Shown here: positions 8,842 through 17,562 of the stretch, piece by piece
How the letters are laid out: every line of letters begins with the position of its first letter
Numbering within the stretch: the stretch's first letter is position 1
Source: a bacterium
GTDB taxonomy: Bacteria; Hydrothermota; Tepidihabitantia; Tepidihabitantales; Tepidihabitantaceae
Direction: 5' to 3'
Assembly (NCBI GenBank): GCA_046485285.1
Contig: JAWOHE010000096.1
Coordinates: forward strand, 1 to 19,562
DNA length: 19,562 nucleotides
Made by a program: the position numbers and the translations under genes
The notes under the pieces: generated by a model
The model's input: the letters and a program-made list of their open reading frames with translations, nothing else
Told to the model about the DNA's origin: nothing
The model's database searches: none

Positions 8842-9580
8842 CTGGCTGGTCGTGGCCTTCGTGGTCCTGGGTATCGGGCTGGTCGTGCTGGCCTATGCCT
8901 GGTTCTCAGGGCGTATCGACGGCGGCAGGTACCGCCGGGTGGCAATCCTGTTCCCGGACGTGACCGGGCTCCGGGTCGGCGACCCGGTCGAGGTGCTCGG
9001 CCTGCCAAGCGGGCGGGTCGCCCGACTGGCACTCGATGAGGGCCAGGTCCGGTGCGAGGCGCTGGTCGACCGGCGGGTGGCGCTCACGGTCGATACGCGG
9101 TTCGCAATCCGGTCGGTGAGCTATCTGGGGAGCGACCGCTACCTGATGGTTACGCTCGGGTCCGGACCGACGGCTGGCGGCGAGCACTCATTCGAGGGGG
9201 TCAATGAGGCGCTGGATCTCGAGGAGACGTTCCTGCGGTTGGACCGGATGATGGCCCGCCTTGACCCGGAGGAACTGGTTGTCGAACTGCGCCAGGCCGG
9301 CCGGGAGATACTGGGCGCGGTGAGCGCCGAGCTGGACCGGCTCAATACCGGGCTGGCCGGGCTCAACTCCGGGTTCGTCGGCACGGCGGTCGAGCTCAGG
9401 GCGATGGCCGGCCGGCTCGACAGCATCGGCCGGCTCTTCGAGGACTCGTCCACCGCCGGTCGGCTGCTGTCCTCGGACGAGTTGTACCAGGAACTGCGCG
9501 CCACCAACCTGGAGCTTCGGGTCCTGCTTGCGGACGTGAGGCAGAACCCGGGGCGCTACCTCCGGCTGAGCCTGTTCTAG
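8822..9580 (+). CDS. mlaD: MlaD/MCE-domain protein with helical C-terminal region, 252 aa
   Basis: Start MNRRVRDW at 8822, N-terminal TM helix, FPDVTGLRVGDPVEVLGLPSGRV MCE motif, C-terminal DVRQNPGRYL. Confidence 0.9.
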   Translation: MNRRVRDWLVVAFVVLGIGLVVLAYAWFSGRIDGGRYRRVAILFPDVTGLRVGDPVEVLGLPSGRVARLALDEGQVRCEALVDRRVALTVDTRFAIRSVSYLGSDRYLMVTLGSGPTAGGEHSFEGVNEALDLEETFLRLDRMMARLDPEELVVELRQAGREILGAVSAELDRLNTGLAGLNSGFVGTAVELRAMAGRLDSIGRLFEDSSTAGRLLSSDELYQELRATNLELRVLLADVRQNPGRYLRLSLF

Positions 9581-10245
9581 TCCGCGCCTGCCGGGACAGG
9601 CACAAGGCTGAGTTCACGAGCGGAGACCTCCGCCGCAAGGTTGAGCCCTCAACAGCCGCCGGTGCCGGACCCGAAGGCCTCGTAGCTGATCCGGACCGCT
9701 CGGACGTCGTCGGGCTTGATACCGGGGAGGCCGGACCGTAGCGCTTCGGCGACGTCGAGCTCGAGGTCGAGCCAGGCGCCGGGTTCTTCGACCCGGATCA
9801 CCTGCTTGGTGGCAGAACTCACGACTGCGATGGCGGGCGAGCGAAGTTGCCAGCGGGTTTCACCGAGTTCGCGGCCATCGTCGCTGAGCCAGCCGAGTAC
9901 GACCGCGGCGCTCGCGTGGTAGTCAGGGCGGCTGCTCTGGGCCGCGAACCTGGCACGGGTATGGAATGTCACCCGCTGGTCCGGAAGCGCGACGACCTGG
10001 ACCAGCCGGGCCCAGCCGCACATCGACTTCCGCACGGATACCCCGCCGTCTGGCAGTGACAGGAGCTCGGCCCGGCCGTCGTAGTTGCGGGTATCGCGTT
10101 GCCAACCGGAATCAAGAGGGGCGGCAAAGTTGCTGTTGATTAGGTGCTGTCGCACAGGCGGGGCGGCACTCGCTGGACCCGGTCCGCAGGACGCTGCCAG
10201 CATGAAGATCAGGCTCGCAGCCGAAATCGGTCTCTGGATTCTCAC
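9577..10245 (-). CDS. Putative exported (lipo)selenoprotein of unknown family, 222 aa, with GGC-U-G motif (UGA at 9651-9649)
   Basis: GTG start 10245 gives signal VRIQRPISAASLIFMLAAS-C (lipobox-like). The in-frame TGA after Cys is followed by a SECIS-like hairpin and 23 more codons (GLNLAAEVSARELSLVPVPAGAD) to TAG 9579-9577. The CDS itself is well supported; Sec read-through is inferred. Confidence 0.72.
9604..9651 (-). promoter_or_regulatory. Bacterial SECIS-like element
   Basis: mRNA UGA-GGGCUCAACCUU-GCG-GCGGA-GGUC-UCCGC-U-CGU-GAACUC-AGCCUU. The apical GGUC loop begins 20 nt after UGA with the same AGGUCU tip as the E. coli fdhF SECIS; lower stem AGGGCU/AGCCUU. Confidence 0.7.
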
Positions 10246-10282
10246 GTGGCCGATTCGATACCCCTCGGCCCGATGAGGTTCC

Positions 10283-11038
10283 TCAGGTCGCGTCCCGAAA
10301 ACGGACAAGGCGCTCGAAGCTGTCTATCTCGAGGGACGCGCCGCCGACGAGCACGCCGTCGACGTCCGGAGCTGCCATCAGTGTGTCGGCATTGTCGGGT
10401 TTCACGCTTCCGCCGTAGAGTATGCGGACCCGTACCGCGAGCTCGGAGGTGAACCGTTCGGCAAGCCACCCGCGGATGAGAGCGTGTACCTCGCCAGCCT
10501 GCTCCGGCGTGGCGGTGCGCCCGGTGCCGATGGCCCAGACCGGCTCGTAGGCGACGACGAAGTCCTCGTCTGCATTCACCGCGGCCAGCCCGGCGGTCAG
10601 CTGGCGTTCGACAATGGCCCGGGTTATCCCGGCATCGCGTTCGTTGAGCGTCTCGCCGGCACACAGCACCGGCACAAGCCCGGCGTCGAGCGCGGCCCGG
10701 ACCTTGCGCCCGCAGTCATCATCCCGCTCGCCGAATACGTGGCGGCGTTCGGAGTGCCCGACGAGCACGTGGCTGCAGCCAAGGTCGACGAGAAACGAAG
10801 CCGCGATCTCACCGGTGAACGCTCCCTTAGGTGCCCAGTGCAGGTTCTGGCCCCCGCAGCCGATGGCGGTACGGCCCAGCTCCTCGATGACCGCGGGCAG
10901 GGCGGTGAAAGGCGGGAAGACGAGGATATCGCGGCCGCGGACGTCGGCGAGCCGGACCCGGAGCTGGATCGCGAACTTGCGGGCTTCGCCGGGCGCGAGG
11001 TGCATCTTCCAGTTGCCGGCGATCAGCGGGGTGCGCAT
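10283..11038 (-). CDS. tpiA: Triosephosphate isomerase
   Basis: IAGNWKM, GAFTGE, VGHSERR, AYEPVWAIGTG, ILYGGSVK, DGVLVGGASL. Confidence 0.98.
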   Translation of the reverse strand: MRTPLIAGNWKMHLAPGEARKFAIQLRVRLADVRGRDILVFPPFTALPAVIEELGRTAIGCGGQNLHWAPKGAFTGEIAASFLVDLGCSHVLVGHSERRHVFGERDDDCGRKVRAALDAGLVPVLCAGETLNERDAGITRAIVERQLTAGLAAVNADEDFVVAYEPVWAIGTGRTATPEQAGEVHALIRGWLAERFTSELAVRVRILYGGSVKPDNADTLMAAPDVDGVLVGGASLEIDSFERLVRFRDAT

Positions 11039-11041
11039 GAG

Positions 11042-12253
11042 TCAGTCGGCTCTGGCCAGAGCCTCGATGCCTGGCAGTTTGCGGCCCTCCAGGAACTCGA
11101 GGCAGGCGCCACCACCGGTCGAGGCGTGGCTGACCTTGCCGAGGAGGTCCCACTTCGCGAGGCAGGCGAGAGTGTCGCCGCCCCCGACGACCGTGGTCGC
11201 TCCTGCCTCGGTTGCGCTGGCGATTGCCCGGGCGACAGCCTCGCTGCCGCGGGCGTAGGCGTCCCGCTCGAAGACGCCCATCGGGCCGGCCCATACGACA
11301 GTCCGTGCCCGGGTGATGGCGTCGGCGTAGATCCGGGCGGTGGCCGGGCCGATGTCAACTCCGATACTCGTCTCCGGGATGGCGCCGGCCGGGACGACTC
11401 GCGCCGCCGCGGTGTCATCGAGGCTGTGGGTGACCACGACGTCGGCGGGCAGGACCAGCTTCGGGTCGGCGGCCAGCCGGCCGGCGGTCTCGACTAAATC
11501 GGTCTCTCGGAGGCTCCGGCCGATACCTCGGCCCTGGGCCAGCAGGAAGCTGAACATCAATCCACCGCCGACGAGCAGGTGATCGACGCTGGCGAGCAGG
11601 TTGCCGATAACCGCAGCCTTGTCTGACACCTTGGCCCCGCCGATGACCGCGACAAACGGACGTTCGGGGTCTCCGATGACGCGGCTCAGGTAGTCGATTT
11701 CTTTCTCCATCAGGAGCCCGGCCGCGGGCCGCTCGAAACGCCCGGGCACGCCGACGGTCGAGGCGTGGGTGCGGTGTGCCGTACCGAAGGCGTCGTTGAC
11801 GTACCGGTCGGCGAGGGCCGCGAGCGCATCGGCAAAGGCAGGCTCGTTGGCTTCCTCGCCGACGTGGAAGCGCAGGTTCTCGAGCAGGATTGCCGACCCC
11901 GGCGGCGCGGCAGCGACGAACATCTCGGTTTCCGGCCCGATGCAGTTGGATGCGAAGAGCACCTTGCGGCCCAGTAGCTTTGCCAGCCGGTCAGCAACCG
12001 GGCGGAGGCTGAGCTTCGGGTTCGGCTTGCCCTTTGGTTTGCCGAGATGTGAGGCGATGACCGCGGTCGCGCCCCGGTCGAGCAGGAGGTTGAGCGTCGG
12101 CAGGGAGGCACGGATGCGGGCGTCGCTGGCGATGCTGCCGTCCCTGGCGAACGGGACATTGAAGTCAACCCGGACAAAAACCCGCTTGCCCTGGACGTCG
12201 AGACGCCGGACCGACAACTTGCCGGAGGAGCTGCCCGGACGCTCTGCGCTCAC
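11042..12253 (-). CDS. pgk: Phosphoglycerate kinase
   Basis: RVDFNVP, SHLGKP, LLENLRF, VNDAFGTAHR, GGAKVSDK, GPMGVFE, GGGDT, STGGGACLEFLEG. GTG start overlaps the gap TGA. Confidence 0.98.
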   Translation of the reverse strand: MSAERPGSSSGKLSVRRLDVQGKRVFVRVDFNVPFARDGSIASDARIRASLPTLNLLLDRGATAVIASHLGKPKGKPNPKLSLRPVADRLAKLLGRKVLFASNCIGPETEMFVAAAPPGSAILLENLRFHVGEEANEPAFADALAALADRYVNDAFGTAHRTHASTVGVPGRFERPAAGLLMEKEIDYLSRVIGDPERPFVAVIGGAKVSDKAAVIGNLLASVDHLLVGGGLMFSFLLAQGRGIGRSLRETDLVETAGRLAADPKLVLPADVVVTHSLDDTAAARVVPAGAIPETSIGVDIGPATARIYADAITRARTVVWAGPMGVFERDAYARGSEAVARAIASATEAGATTVVGGGDTLACLAKWDLLGKVSHASTGGGACLEFLEGRKLPGIEALARAD

Positions 12254-13257
12254 AGCTTGCTGGCGATGAGCCGGACCATGTCAATGAGCCGGCACGCGTA
12301 GCCGTATTCGTTGTCGTACCAGGAGAACGCCTTGACGAGGTTACCGTCGACGACCGCAGTGAGGCCGGCATCGAGGATCGAGCTGTGCGGGTTGCCGACC
12401 ATGTCTACTGAAACGAGCGGGTCGGCGCAGTACTGGAGCACGCCTTTGAGCGCGCCGGCGGAGGCGTCCCTGAACGCGAGGTTGACCGCCTCGACCGTCG
12501 TCGATCTCTCAACCGTGCAGCTGAAGTCAACGATCGAGACGTCGGGTGTCGGCACGCGGATGGCAAGTCCGTCGACCTTGCCGGCGAGTTCGGGGAAGAT
12601 GACGCCAATGAGCTTGGCCGCGCCGGTCGTGGTCGGGATCATCGACAGCGCTGCGGCGCGGGCGCGGCGCAGGTCCGAGTGAGGCAGGTCGAGAATCCGC
12701 TGGTCGCCGGTGTAGGCGTGGATGGTCGTCATGTAGGCCTTGAGGATCTTGAAGTTCTCGTGGATGACCTTTGCGACCGGCACGACGCAGTTGGTCGTGC
12801 AGGAGGCATTGGAGATGATGTGGTCTCGTTCCGGGTCGTAGGTCTCGTGGTTGATGCCGAAGACAAAGGACCGGATGTCCGTACCCTTGGCCGGCGCGGA
12901 GATGATGACCTTACTGGCACCGGCGTCGAGGTGACCCTGTGCTTTCTCGCGCGAGCGAAAGATCCCGGTGCACTCGAGGACAACTTCAACGCCGAGTTCC
13001 TTCCAGGGCAGCTCGGCCGGGTTCTTGACCGCGGTCACCCGGGCGGCCTGCCCCTTGATCACGATCTCGCTTTCGGTGTGGCTGACCTCGGCCGGGAAGG
13101 TGCCGTGGACAGAGTCATACTTGAACAAGTGGGCAAGTGTCTTCGCGTCGGTCAGGTCGTTCACGCCGACGAGTCGGAGCGACGGGTCGGCGGCCGCGCG
13201 CCGCGCCGCCAGCCTGCCGATGCGGCCGAAGCCGTTAATGGCGAATTTGACGGGCAC
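12250..13257 (-). CDS. gap: Type I glyceraldehyde-3-phosphate dehydrogenase
   Basis: INGFGRIGR, KYDSVHG, SNASCTTNC, WYDNEYGY. VNDLT and LDLPH are consistent with NAD specificity. AAGGAGG SD. Confidence 0.98.
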   Translation of the reverse strand: MPVKFAINGFGRIGRLAARRAAADPSLRLVGVNDLTDAKTLAHLFKYDSVHGTFPAEVSHTESEIVIKGQAARVTAVKNPAELPWKELGVEVVLECTGIFRSREKAQGHLDAGASKVIISAPAKGTDIRSFVFGINHETYDPERDHIISNASCTTNCVVPVAKVIHENFKILKAYMTTIHAYTGDQRILDLPHSDLRRARAAALSMIPTTTGAAKLIGVIFPELAGKVDGLAIRVPTPDVSIVDFSCTVERSTTVEAVNLAFRDASAGALKGVLQYCADPLVSVDMVGNPHSSILDAGLTAVVDGNLVKAFSWYDNEYGYACRLIDMVRLIASKL

Positions 13258-13308
13258 GTTTCCTCCTTGGTGGCTTGCTTTGCGGAAGAGGAGTCAGGCT
13301 CCAGAAAG

Positions 13309-13336
13309 AGGATATTGTGCGGCCCGGCCAAGTCAA
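13309..13336 (-). promoter_or_regulatory. sigma70-like promoter of the gap operon
   Basis: Minus strand TTGACT-N16-TATCCT. Confidence 0.65.
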
Positions 13337-13348
13337 GCGGCGGCCGGC

Positions 13349-13376
13349 TTGACAGCGGCCCGTGACCGGCAAGAAT
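13349..13376 (+). promoter_or_regulatory. sigma70-like promoter, probably giving a leaderless mRNA
   Basis: TTGACA-N16-AAGAAT, with in-frame ATG 13384 exactly 7 nt after the -10. Confidence 0.6.
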
Positions 13377-13383
13377 GGGAGTC

Positions 13384-14253
13384 ATGATGGTCAATCGCCA
13401 GCCAGTAACCGCCACTGCCCGGCAGGGGATCCCGGCCCCGGGCCGGTCGTCTTCGGCTATTCTCCTGGGTATCCTGCTTGCGGCCGGGTGCGGCGGGACC
13501 GCGACGGTACGGCCTATGCCGGTCGAGGCGGAGCTGGCGCCCGCCCGATCGTTGACACTGGGCGCGCCGGCGGTCGCGCTCTGCGCTGACGAAGGCCGGC
13601 TGCTCGTGCTCGAGGCGTCCGGCAACCGTGTGCTACGGCTCGACTCGACGCTCGCGCCTGCGGACACGGTGCCGCTGACCGAGCGGCTAGTCGGGCCGGC
13701 TGGTATCGCGGCGGACCGGTTCTACGTCTATGTCCACGACGACCGCACTCTCTACCGCCTTCCCAAGCGGGACCCGGTGCTCGCCGGGTGGCTGCAGGGA
13801 GTGCGGGTCGCCGGGCTGGCGGTCTTCGCACCCGGCGAGATGCTGGTCAGCGACGCCGAGCGGGCGACGGTATGGCTCAAGACACTCTTCGGGGAGAGCC
13901 GGCGATTCCTCGATGCGCTCGAACTGCCGCGGCCCGGTGCGCTGGCCGTCCTGCCCGACGGGATGTTCGCGGCGCTGAGCGGCGGCAGCCTGCTCGTCCG
14001 GTTCAACCGGGCCGGCATCGTGTCGTCCCGCCAGCCGCTTGCGGACACCGTCAACCTGATGGCTGCCGATGGCTCAGGCCGGCTCGTCCTCGCGCGTGCG
14101 GGCCGACCGGAGCTGACCGTCATCGAGCCGGACGGCAGGAGCCGGCGCTTCCGGCTTGCCGGCGAGCCGGCGCCTTCCGGGCTTGCCGTTCTGCCGGGTC
14201 GGGCGGTCGTGCTGGACCGCGACGCGCGCGTGATTTCCTATCCGTTGCCCTGA
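13384..14253 (+). CDS. Putative lipoprotein with NHL/beta-propeller-like repeats, about 289 aa
   Basis: Lipobox ILLAAG-C; repeated blades such as GRLLVLEASGNRVLRLD, PAGIAADRFYVYV, PGALAVLPDG, PSGLAVLPGRAVVLD. The start could be 13375, 13384 or 13387. Confidence 0.75.
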   Translation: MMVNRQPVTATARQGIPAPGRSSSAILLGILLAAGCGGTATVRPMPVEAELAPARSLTLGAPAVALCADEGRLLVLEASGNRVLRLDSTLAPADTVPLTERLVGPAGIAADRFYVYVHDDRTLYRLPKRDPVLAGWLQGVRVAGLAVFAPGEMLVSDAERATVWLKTLFGESRRFLDALELPRPGALAVLPDGMFAALSGGSLLVRFNRAGIVSSRQPLADTVNLMAADGSGRLVLARAGRPELTVIEPDGRSRRFRLAGEPAPSGLAVLPGRAVVLDRDARVISYPLP

Positions 14254-17200
14254 CCGCGAGGAGGAACCCCGACCGGGGACCCGGGAGAGGCAGGATCAAC
14301 CACCAGGGCACGAGGAGGGTCGAGTCTGCGGGGCCAGGACCCTGGGATTCCCGGTCTTCGTTTCTTCGTATCTTTCTCGGCTTCGTCCTGCTTGTTGTGC
14401 TGGCGTCCGCGGCGGATGGGTCGGCGCGGTCAAGGGCGGCCGATATCTTCCTGGCGGACGGCTTCCGTTCGGTCTATCCGGTCCGGCTCGGGCTGGCGCT
14501 GCCCGGGACCGACTCGGTCGAGCTCGACGGCCGACCGCTCGGGCCGGGCGAGTACATCTTTGACTACGAGCGCGGGCTCCTGCTGCTGTCAAGGCGGCCG
14601 CCCCGCTGGACGGTCATACGGGTCAGTTCAGAGGTCCTGCCGGTCCGGGTCCGGCCCGAGTACCGGCGCTATGAGGCCCGGCCGTTCGTCCCGGCGGCGC
14701 CGGGAGCGCCGGACGCCCTGCCTGTTTCTGCGCCCGACGCCGACCGGGGCGAGCTCGTGATAGGGGGCAGCAAGACAATCGGGGTCGTTGTCGGCGGTGC
14801 CGAGGGTTCCGGACTCAACCAGGCGACCCGGCTGGCGGTCGATGGCACCATCGAGGGCGTGCGGATTGACGCCGAGCTCTCGGACCAGAGCTCGCCGATA
14901 CCGCCCGAGGGCACGACCCTGGCACTGGATGAGCTCGACGTCATCAGGATCGACCTCTCCGGCCCGGGCTGGCAGGGACGCTTTGGTGACCTCGATCTTC
15001 GCCTGCCGACGACCGGGTTCGGAACGCTGGAGCGGCGGGCAATCGGCGGTCTCGTCAGCGCCGAGCTCGGGCCGGCCGGGGCGCGTGTCGGCTACGCCCG
15101 ACCGCGCGGGCGGGTCGGCCGTGCGGTCATTGCCGGCCGGAACGGGGTCCAGGGGCCGTATGTCCTTGCGCCCGACGGCCGCAGCGCGACCCTGGTCGCT
15201 GGCAGTGAAGAGGTGTACCTTGACGGCCACCGGATGACTCGCGGCTGGGATGCCGACTACGTCATCGACTACGCGGGCGGCGAACTCTCGTTCACCAGTC
15301 GGCACGTCATCGACCGGTTCTCGCGCATCGAGGCAATCTACCAGTACACCCTTGACGCGTGGGAGCGTGAGAACGTCACCGGCGGCGCGCAGTTCGCGGG
15401 GGGTGGCTTCAGGGTCGGCGCGGACTACTTCCGCGAGGGCGACGAGCCGGACCGGGGCGGCCGGTACGAACTGACCGGCCCGGAGCGTGAGTACCTGGCG
15501 TCGATCGGCGCGGATACCGTCCGGGCCTGGCTCGACGGCGGGACCCGGGTCGGCGATAGCTCCGGCTCCTATGTCCTTGATGGCGGTGCCTACCGGTACG
15601 TCGGGGAGGGGCGGGGCGATTACCGGGTTCTTTTCACCCTGGTCGGCGACTCACTCGGAGACTATGTCTTCGATGATACGCTTGGTGCCCATCGCCACGT
15701 TGGAGACGGGCGGGGCGAGTATGTCTCGAAGTATCGCGTCGAACTCCCTGTCCGGAGCGAACTTGGCGCAGTCGAGCTCGGCTATGAGGCAGGCGGGTTC
15801 CGGACCGGGCTGTCCGGAATCGGCCGTCGGAATGTCGCCAACCTGTTTGCACCGGGTGGTGGTGCCGTGCTCGATGGCGCGATCGCGGGCCGGGCCGGCT
15901 GGGATTCGGACCGGGTCGAACTGGGCTGGCGCGGCCGTGCGCTCGCGCCCGGGTTCAGCTTCCCGGGTGGCGACTCACTGGTTGACCTCGAGTACCGCTG
16001 GAACGGGGTCAGGCCGGAGCAGGCACGGACGCTCAACGAGTTCGCCGGTACGTACCGGCCCCGGGAGTGGCTTGAAGCCGGGGCGGACCTTGGCTGGCTG
16101 GGGACTGAGGTCGACAGCCTTTTCTTTCGCGGGCTGGGCCGGCTCAGGGTCGGGCCGGCGATCCTTGACGGCGGCCGGGTCAGGACCGAGACGCGGGCCG
16201 GGGTCGAAGTCCGGCCGGACTTCGGCCGGTTCCGGCCCCGCGCGGGCTGGCGCCAGGCGTGGGCGCGGGCGACCGGGCGCCGCACGCTTGAGGCCGGGCT
16301 GGGAGTGTCGCCGGTCGCCGGGCTCGAACTCGACGCCGGGTACCGCGACATCCGTGCGGACACGGCGGAAACGGGCGGGGTGCTCGCCACCCACGAGACC
16401 GGCGGGGTCGGTGAGTTCCAACTTTCCTGGCAACCGGGCGACTGGCTCCGGGCTTCTGGTCGGGCCGCCCGCCAGGCGCGACATTACCCGGCCAGCGCGC
16501 TTGACAACTGGCAGAGCTGGCTGACCGGCGTGAACATTGTCGCCCTGCCGAGGCCGGGCCTGCGCCTGTCCGGCGACCTCCAGCAGTCGCGCCGGCTCGT
16601 CCAGCTCCGGGATGAGTTCTTCCGCTATGTCGGGCCGGGTGAGGGCGACTACAGCCGCGACACGCTCACCGGCCGGTACTACCTCGACCCGAATGGACCG
16701 TACGAGCGGGTCGTCGCGGCCCGCGGCCGTTTCGTGCCAGCGGACGAAATCGCGCTCAACCTGTCGGGCGACTGGTCGACCTGGCGACCGCTCGGGCTGA
16801 CCGGGACCCTGAGCCGACTCGACGTCAGCGACTCGGTTCCGCTCCGGCAGGCCTCGAACCACAACCTGCGCGCGACGTTCCGGGCGCTCGAGCCGGTGGT
16901 CACCGCCTGGTTCACCGCCAGTGGCGGCACGACGCTCGACCGGACTTTGGTGCGGAGCGGCCAGCTGGCCCGGCGCGGCCGGTACCGCGCCGAGTTCCAG
17001 TCCGTCCGGGTCCCGGCAGTTGAGCTGCGGGCACGGGTTGAACTCGGCGAGGACAGCCGCGAGGACGCCGCGGGCCGGCTCGACTACATCGAACGCTCGC
17101 GCGCTGTCGGGCTCGAACCGGTCATCGGCCGGCGCCTGCGGCTCGAGGTCGAGGCCGGGTTCGAGCACTCGACGATTGCCGAACCGGTGCTGTACCCGGA

Positions 17201-17495
17201 GCTGGGCGAGTTCGCGCTGGTCGCGCTCAGCGCCGCGGTCGGGCGCGGCTGGAGCTTCGGCGAGCGCTGGCGGCTCCGCGCGCGGGGCGGGGTAACGAGG
17301 CGCACTGCTTCGGTCGCGGACCTGCCGTTCGACGTCGCGCTGACCCGGCCGACGGGATGGACCCCGGAAGCCCTGCTCGACCTGTCCCACGTCTTCAGCG
17401 AGGCGCTGACCCTGGCCGCGCGCTACGACTACCGCGACCGGCCCGACCGCGACGCGGACCACCGTGTCTCGGCCGAGCTGCGCGCGTACTTCTAG
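14250..17495 (+). CDS. Large outer-membrane beta-barrel-type protein (about 1080 aa), start uncertain
   Basis: Hydrophobic signal FLRIFLGFVLLVVLASA, amphipathic beta strands, C-terminal AELRAYF (terminal Phe), and two V-x-LDG...Y-x-x-DY-x-x-G modules. The track's start at 13788 overlaps the upstream gene; CTG 14250 is the first in-frame candidate at the gene junction. Confidence 0.8.
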   Translation: MTARRNPDRGPGRGRINHQGTRRVESAGPGPWDSRSSFLRIFLGFVLLVVLASAADGSARSRAADIFLADGFRSVYPVRLGLALPGTDSVELDGRPLGPGEYIFDYERGLLLLSRRPPRWTVIRVSSEVLPVRVRPEYRRYEARPFVPAAPGAPDALPVSAPDADRGELVIGGSKTIGVVVGGAEGSGLNQATRLAVDGTIEGVRIDAELSDQSSPIPPEGTTLALDELDVIRIDLSGPGWQGRFGDLDLRLPTTGFGTLERRAIGGLVSAELGPAGARVGYARPRGRVGRAVIAGRNGVQGPYVLAPDGRSATLVAGSEEVYLDGHRMTRGWDADYVIDYAGGELSFTSRHVIDRFSRIEAIYQYTLDAWERENVTGGAQFAGGGFRVGADYFREGDEPDRGGRYELTGPEREYLASIGADTVRAWLDGGTRVGDSSGSYVLDGGAYRYVGEGRGDYRVLFTLVGDSLGDYVFDDTLGAHRHVGDGRGEYVSKYRVELPVRSELGAVELGYEAGGFRTGLSGIGRRNVANLFAPGGGAVLDGAIAGRAGWDSDRVELGWRGRALAPGFSFPGGDSLVDLEYRWNGVRPEQARTLNEFAGTYRPREWLEAGADLGWLGTEVDSLFFRGLGRLRVGPAILDGGRVRTETRAGVEVRPDFGRFRPRAGWRQAWARATGRRTLEAGLGVSPVAGLELDAGYRDIRADTAETGGVLATHETGGVGEFQLSWQPGDWLRASGRAARQARHYPASALDNWQSWLTGVNIVALPRPGLRLSGDLQQSRRLVQLRDEFFRYVGPGEGDYSRDTLTGRYYLDPNGPYERVVAARGRFVPADEIALNLSGDWSTWRPLGLTGTLSRLDVSDSVPLRQASNHNLRATFRALEPVVTAWFTASGGTTLDRTLVRSGQLARRGRYRAEFQSVRVPAVELRARVELGEDSREDAAGRLDYIERSRAVGLEPVIGRRLRLEVEAGFEHSTIAEPVLYPELGEFALVALSAAVGRGWSFGERWRLRARGGVTRRTASVADLPFDVALTRPTGWTPEALLDLSHVFSEALTLAARYDYRDRPDRDADHRVSAELRAYF

Positions 17496-17524
17496 GCGCT
17501 CGGCGCCGTCCCGCGCGCGGCGGG

Positions 17525-17552
17525 GCCGGTTCGCGAAGGGGCGCGAACCGGC
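17525..17552. terminator. Perfect 11-bp hairpin between convergent units
   Basis: GCCGGTTCGCG-AAGGGG-CGCGAACCGGC, 29 nt after the OMP stop. No strong U tract. Confidence 0.55.
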
Positions 17553-17562
17553 AGGTGTTTCC

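Noticed and set aside
9649-9651. UGA reassigned genome-wide to Trp or Gly (code 4/25) as the explanation for read-through
   Set aside because: gap, pgk, tpiA, mlaE and the CoA-transferase alpha gene end in TGA at their expected C-termini, several with TGATG/GTGA coupling. UGA is a normal stop here.
13788-14249. N-terminal 154 codons of the 1235-aa ORF
   Set aside because: Overlaps the propeller lipoprotein in another frame and has Arg/Ala/Pro-rich shadow composition.
15975-17462. Long antisense ORF (495 aa) and similar shadow ORFs (e.g. 4072-5160, 10484-11497, 2188-3147)
   Set aside because: Antisense or off-frame to well-supported genes; expected in high-GC DNA; no motifs.
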